NCBI GenBank assembly: GCA_012295275.1
Contig: CM022666.1
Coordinates: 5,270,001 to 5,334,000, forward strand
Direction: 5' to 3'
Source of the DNA: Chrysomallon squamiferum
Lineage: Eukaryota; Animalia; Mollusca
Length of the DNA stretch: 64,000 nt
The notes beneath the pieces were generated by a model. It did no database searches and was not told where the DNA came from. It was given only the letters and a program-made list of their open reading frames with translations. Shown one piece after another: positions 56,605-64,000 of this stretch. The translations under genes and the position numbers were made by a program. The stretch's first letter is position 1. The number at the start of each line of letters is the position of its first letter.

Positions 56605-56804
56605 NNNNNNNNNNNNNNNNNNNNNNNNNNNNNNNNNNNNNNNNNNNNNNNNNNNNNNNNNNNNNNNNNNNNNNNNNNNNNNNNNNNNNNNNNNNNNNNN
56701 NNNNNNNNNNNNNNNNNNNNNNNNNNNNNNNNNNNNNNNNNNNNNNNNNNNNNNNNNNNNNNNNNNNNNNNNNNNNNNNNNNNNNNNNNNNNNNNNNNNN
56801 NNNN
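56605..56804. other. Assembly gap (200 N) within intron 1 of copy 6
   Basis: Run of N. Confidence 1.
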
Positions 56805-57249
56805 CCAGAAATTCAAACTGCCGTGAACGTTATTGTTCATAGATCGCAACGTGAATCTGATAACTCAGTTTTCCTGCTTTTTAACCATAGAACTGTCACA
56901 TTAAGCTGCTAGTGGCACGACTTGCACGTGCATTTTGAAGATTTTCGAGATACCAGCCAAATAAATGAGTGCTGTATTTTCTGTGGCTGTTATTATTCTT
57001 ACCTGCCAGCGCATGTGCTAGATACTTACCGACCTTACCGCGATGTTTTGTTTTTTCAAGTTGATGTAATATCACTTAATATTATACAAATGAAATTAGG
57101 GCGCGGAAAAATCCTAAACAGCAAAGTGAACTGGTACATTAAGGTGCCAGTGGCACGGATTGCACGTGCATTTTGCACATTTTCGATGTAATATCACTTA
57201 ATATTATATTATACACATGAAATTAGGGCGTGCATAAATCCTAAACAGC

Positions 57250-57616
57250 ATAGTGAAATTATAATTTTATATAAATATATATAACCTCCGAAATAAGTGA
57301 AAGTATAATTTTATATAAATAAATATAACCTCCGAAATAAGTGAAAATATAATTTTATATAAGAAAATATAACCTATGAAATAAGTGAAATTATAATGTT
57401 ATCTAACTATAGATAACCTACGAAATAAGTGAAATTATAGTTTTATATAAATATATATATAATCAATGAAATAAGTGAAATTATAATTTTATATAGATAT
57501 ATATAACCTATGCAATAAGTAAAACATTTACTTACCTAAATTAGGCTGCCTCTGTGTTCACAATGGATTGAAGCACGTTTACGACAGAAACGCTCTTTGA
57601 CAGGCTTTTTTATACC
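57250..57616 (-). promoter_or_regulatory. 39-bp minisatellite, non-coding exon 1 (donor after 57536) and TATA of copy 6
   Basis: ttag|gtaagt donor and ggtataaaaaa at about 57606-57616; homologous to copies 1 and 4. Confidence 0.5.
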
Positions 57617-58814
57617 AGAGACTTTGAAAAGATCGTATCATATTCTCTGTTTCGTATCATATTCTCACATTCAATTTCTTCTCCTTTGTCAACTAAGGAA
57701 TAAACAACAAAAGGAAAACATGTAGTCTGTGTATCACACAGTGTAAAGTTCCAGCCCGGATTTGTCATCTTACACGTAATCGGAATAAATAAGTGTAGTG
57801 ATACATTTATTATTACATGGCCAGGAATATAAAATGTCTCAGAAATATCTCTCTGTGACGAAAGAATCTTTTGTTTGTAAATGTCACTTGCAGCATGACT
57901 GTTGATTCAGTCTGCCGATTAAATAAGTAAACAAATAAATAAATAAATGTGCGAAATAAAGTAAAATAAAATAAAAACAAAAATAAAATAAAACAAATGA
58001 AAATATTTTTTTGCAATAAAATAAATCAGAATACAAAAATAAAGTAAAATATGCTGAATTAAAATTTAAAAAATTTAAAAATAAAAATAAAAAAGTGATA
58101 AAAATAAAATAAAAATACAAAATGATAAAAGTAAAGTGAAATAAATAAATACATTAAAATATATAAAAATAAATTAATTAATTAAAACAATAAAATAAAT
58201 GAAATAAAATTATAGTAAGATAAAATGAAATAAAATAGAGTAAAATAAACAAATAAATAAGTCAATAAATAAATCAATAAATAAATAAGTAAATAAATAA
58301 GTAATTTCGCGTACATGTGATAAATAACTGAATAAATTGCTATATTTAAAGCTGCACTTTAGAATAATAATAATATTGTATTGAAAACAAACAGAAAATT
58401 AATTTTTGCAATAAACTGTTGTTTTATTTCCGATAACGCGTTGTCCTTCAAACCACATTTTGATTGTCTTTGAGAAAATAAAACCTTATGGAGAGGATGA
58501 CATGCTTAGAATCAAAAATGAAAAAACAAAATTAATAATTAAAAGTTGCACAATATTCACAAATAAACTACGACCATTTATTGCTGGTTGTTACTGTTGT
58601 AGTTCTTGTTATTATTAATATTAACATTGCTGTTGTCGTTCAGAGTTCAGGTGGAAAAAAAGCTAAAAAACAACAATGAAAAAACCAAACAAGAACAATA
58701 ATAATTAAAAAAAAATTAAAAATACAAATGTCATATACTATAAGCGCACACGCACAAACTCACACACACACACTCAGACACACACATACACACACACACT
58801 CATACACACACACA

Positions 58815-58860
<46 letters not shown>

Positions 58861-60273
58861 GATCTATTTAAGAATTTTGACCTGAGTTGTTTAATCATAG
58901 AATCTAGACTACGTCAAGTACATGTAATCTATTCAATCACTCTTCAACAGCCTAACCCTAAATAAATGAACAAAAAGTTAATGCAGAATATCTGTATCAT
59001 CTGATTTCAAATTTCCTATGCAGTATAACGGGTCGGTTGGGAAGCTTTTGCAAACAGAGATGTTATCAGACAGCTGTGCGGTGTTTTGGAGGACTGCCAA
59101 GTTAATGTAGTAACTGGAGTCCAGGTGTTCACACAGTGATCTATTTCAGAATTTTGCCATGAGTTGTATTATGACAGAAACTAGACTACGTCAAGTACAT
59201 GTGATGTAAATGATATGCAGTGTTTTGAACGAGTGCCAAGTTAATGTAATAATTGGTGTCTGACCAAGCGTTGTCGACCCCTGAACAGTAGCAGCGTGAA
59301 TGAAGCAGACAGAGAAATGAGGTCACACGTTAGATAAACATTTCACAGACAGTGACGTCACGTTACCTGTACATTTTTCCGTGACTTTCCAAACAGCTAT
59401 TTATAAACACTGCACGGGTACTTTTAAGTATTTGATATGAACATTTTTATATAACAGCAATATTTAACTTACTGTCTATAAAGTATACAAATTATCCTTC
59501 ATAAAACAAAAATTAAATCATGTCACTGACTGGTGTATAAGTGAAAAGTGAGCTGAAAAATATTTTCGTTAATTTTACTTGATATTTAAAAAAGAAAATA
59601 AGAAAAACAAGAAAATGATAAATGCAGATCAAGACATTTGTACTACATTTAAAGTAACTATCCAAGTAATAAAAATTAAGAACAAGTGACCAAAGTTAAA
59701 CAATACTAATTATAATGATGTTGATGATGATGATGATGAAAAATTTAATAAATTAGTAGTAGAAGCAGCAGCAGCACTAATATGAATAGTAGGAGTAGTA
59801 GAAAGAATAATACTAGTAATCTTGATTATATAGTAATAATATAGCAGTAGTAATAATGATGAAGATGATAGTGCTAATAAAGTTAATGATAATTATGATA
59901 GTCGTAATAAAATTAATGATGATGATGATGATGATGATGGACATAATAAAATTAATAATCATAATATTTACGATTCTGAAATGCTTCTAAAAAGAAAATT
60001 CTTATTTCGATCAAAACAAAAAATACTTTAAATAAATTGTTTATTATGCAGATTGTACATCAGATTTTAAATGTAACGTATATATAAACATTTATTACTC
60101 TGATCATTTCAATGCATGAGTACATACTGTATAAAGAAAATCCTTTTTAACTGGATCATCCACTTAACTTGTATTATTCATTGTAAACTAATCAGTGAAC
60201 TTTTAACTTTCATCAGTTAATTTATATAGAAAATCAGTAATATATAAATATTTTTTTCACTGAATACAGCACA

Positions 60274-60414
<141 letters not shown>

Positions 60415-60986
60415 ATCTTCAATATTGAACTCCAAAAACGAATGCTACGAAGCAAGCAACGAAGTTAATATTATAATTCTGTTCATGTTTTCGACAAGAC
60501 ATACTAACTTACATATGATACTAAAGTCTAATGCCTGGGTAAGCAATTAGTCGAGGTTTAAAGAAAAAAACAACGAAGTTAATGTTATAATTCTGTTCAC
60601 GTTTCGACAATGAGGGAACTATTATGTGACGTAAATTTAGCTTTCATGAATCCATGCGGAGGCGTATTGACAAGAGTTAGGGCACGCGAAATATCAGACT
60701 GCTTTTATTCTGTGACTTACAACAGACACTGACACGCGCAGTTCAGTCAATCGAAAATTGTGTCAGTTGTTCAGCATGTTTATATAGACTAGAGGTAGCA
60801 GTAACTGAGTCATTGAAACAAGTTCTGAACGTTGAGAAATACGATATCGGGGCAATCGCAAGATAGGTATACATTTCCCAGCCTGCGATGTCATTGTAGG
60901 TCGTAAATACGAGGGCCGTGCATTTTGTATGACCTGCCCCGCTTAGCAAACAGCTATTTATCAACATTGCTCGGATCATGATATAT

Positions 60987-61074
<88 letters not shown>

Positions 61075-64000
61075 ACGCATGTAGGTTTATCTATATAAGT
61101 ATGTGATATGTACATTGTTATATAACAGCAATATCTAACATACTGTCTATAAAGTATACACATTTTGCTTTACAAAATAAAAATTGAATCATGTCACTGA
61201 CGTGTGTAGAACTGAAAAGTGAGTTGAAGAATGCTCTTATTAATTTTACTTGATATTAAAAAAAAAGATGAAAGAAGAAAAAAAAAATGACAAATTCAGA
61301 ACAAGACATTTGTATTTCTTTTAAAGTGAATATCCAAGTAACAAAAATAATGAACAGGTGACAAGAGGTATCACTGTAGTCTCTATTTAACAACAATATC
61401 AACATCAAACAATAATAATGATGATGATGAAGATGATGATGATAAATTTAATAGTAGTAGTAGCAGCAACAGCAGCACTAATTTCAATAATAGTAGAACT
61501 AAGAATAATACTAATAATGTTGATTAGTAGCAGTAGTAATAACACTAATGATGATGATAGTGATAAGAAAATTAATGATGATGATGATAGTGATAATAAA
61601 ATTATTAATAATAATAATATTTATGTTTCTGAAATGCTTCTAAAAATATTTCTTAATCTGAATAACCCAAAAATGCTTTAAATAGATAGTTTATTATGCA
61701 AATTTTACTTTTAACATATATATAAACATTTAATATTCTAATAATTTCAATGCATGAGTACATACTGTATAAAGAAAATCCTTTTTAACACGAACATCCA
61801 CTTAACTAGTATTATTCATTATAAACCAATCAGTGAACATTTAACTTTCATCATTCAATTTATATAGAAAATCAATACGTAAATATTTATTCACTGAATA
61901 CAGTACACATTCATTTTACATAGAACATCTCTAGAACACATTCATTGTTTGTACAACATCCACTGTACAGATTTACTGAACACAGACCATCAATAGTACA
62001 TACATTACATATTCACTGTACAGATTTACAGAACACAGACCATCAATAGTACATACATTACATATTCACTGTACAAAGAAAAGCCATTATCATTTAACAT
62101 TAACTATGTTTACAACATCCACAGATGTACATGTTTAGGATATCAACTGCTCAAAATTATCTTTTCACATACAACATCTACAGCAGAACATCCATTGTGT
62201 ACAGAACATCTACCATACAAGAACATTCACTGTACACTGAACATCTACTATACTTAAGCATCAATGTACAGTGTATACTGAACATTTGTACAAGATCACC
62301 TTTTAACACAACACATAGTTTGTAGAACAACCACTGTATACAGAACATCCACTGCAGAAGAACACATATTGTACATAGAATATCAACCGTACTAGAGCAT
62401 CCACTATACAACGAATATCCAGTGTACAAGAATATCCAGTAAAAAAAATAAAATTCTGAATAATGATGATGACAGTGAAAATTTGAATGATGATGTAGGA
62501 TGATGACCATGACAACCTTTGTTCTTACTTATGAGAATGTAATATTTTTAGGTTTTAAATTAATTTCTTTTCATGCATATTTCATTGTCTGATCCTCGCT
62601 GGCTTAAAAAAGTATTCTTAGCCTGACAAAAATCAGATCTGTTAAAAGATGAAAAGAGAGAAAGTAAAAAAAAAAGAATTAATTTCATAGAGTAAGTTTA
62701 GTTCATATAATATGAAAGAAATAATTATTTGTTTATTTGTTCTGCATGAGAAACAAGTCAACTGTTGATCATTTCAGCTTGGAGGTCTATGAATCCGTTC
62801 TGAAATTTAAAAAATATATATATTCAAATACACTGTATATTATACATCACAGTATGTCAGTTTTATAATATCATATACTGAATACATGATATTTGCTATA
62901 GTGAATCTTTAATAGTATGTCCTTTGATTTGTAAATTACAGGATACATACTGTATTGTAAAGATCTTTACGGTTGCCGTACTGGAATAATAATGTATCAT
63001 TTGGTACATAATTTACATAGTATCTACTGCACTCTATTCATCTTTAATACTGTATATCTGGATATATGATATGTACTTTATTAATCTTTAATACTGTATC
63101 ACTGGATATATAAATTACATGGTATGTACTGCACTCTATTAATCTTTAAGTCTATGAATCCATTCTGAAATTTAAAAAAAATATATATTCAGATACACTG
63201 TATATTCTACATCACAGTATGTCAGTTTTATAATATCATACACTGAATATATGGTATTTGTTATGCTGAATCTTTAATATTATATCCTTTGATTTATAAA
63301 TTACATGATATGTACTGTAATAATTTTGTATATTATATCCTTGGATATACACATTAATGTACTCATTTATACTCTACACCACAGGACCTCACTTGTTTAT
63401 AAAATGATACACAGAATACATATTATTTGCAATACTGAATCTGTAATATTATATCTTTGAATATGTACTGTATTTCATTATACATTATTTAATACTATAT
63501 TCCTGGATATATAAATTACATGGAATAAACTGCACTCTATTAATCTTTAACAGCATATCTCTAGACGTATACATTACATGGTATGTACTGTACTTAATTA
63601 TATAATATTTAATACTGTCTCCCTGTAAATATAAACTACGTGATATGTAATGTACTGGAATAATACTGTATTCTGAATGTTTAAATTATATTATTCTGCA
63701 ATTTTTGTCTTATTTCTAGTTAAATATGGATTTAAAAAAAAAATCATCTAAAAAAGAAGTATGACAGTTTATTTTTTAAATTATTTAAAAATAAATAAAT
63801 AAACTCACAGATAGCACTTACCATATCGTGATGGAGACCCAGTCTTTTGAAACTTTGCTTCGTTAGTACAACCTCTGACACCAGTACACATAAACAAGGA
63901 GACACACAACTACAGTGACAACAGCATTTGGGATAAAAAGTGTTTAGACTACCTGGATGAAAATTGAAACTGAAACAAAATATTAACTGCGAAAAAAGTT

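Larger units (their letters stand above)
45990..57910. repeat. Segmental duplication: direct copy of about 18498-30960 (period about 27.5 kb), inverted relative to about 9630-18240
   Basis: Near-identical 3' flank, genes, hAT insert, promoter and spacer sequence in the same order. Confidence 0.9.

Overview
Eukaryotic, very AT-rich, microsatellite-laden invertebrate DNA (probably mollusc/lophotrochozoan; this is an inference) with two 200-N gaps (18298-18497, 56605-56804). The window is dominated by an expanded cluster of TNF-superfamily (TRAIL/Eiger-like) ligand genes. Five copies have an intact four-coding-exon structure (261+37+108+389 nt, 264 aa): one on + (12328-14205) and four on - (19611-21539, 26512-28372, 47118-49070, 54052-55987). 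There are also at least seven truncated or decayed fragments. The genes sit in a two-gene cassette present three times, once inverted, inside a mosaic of segmental duplications. Also present are a Buster/Charlie-type hAT transposon with two homopolymer frameshifts, a 766-bp non-autonomous hAT element with TSD and empty paralogous sites, an inverted STAT/kB/TATA-like promoter module, several minisatellites, and remnants of a second spliced minus-strand gene. All exon calls are by manual reading of splice signals and have no transcript support.
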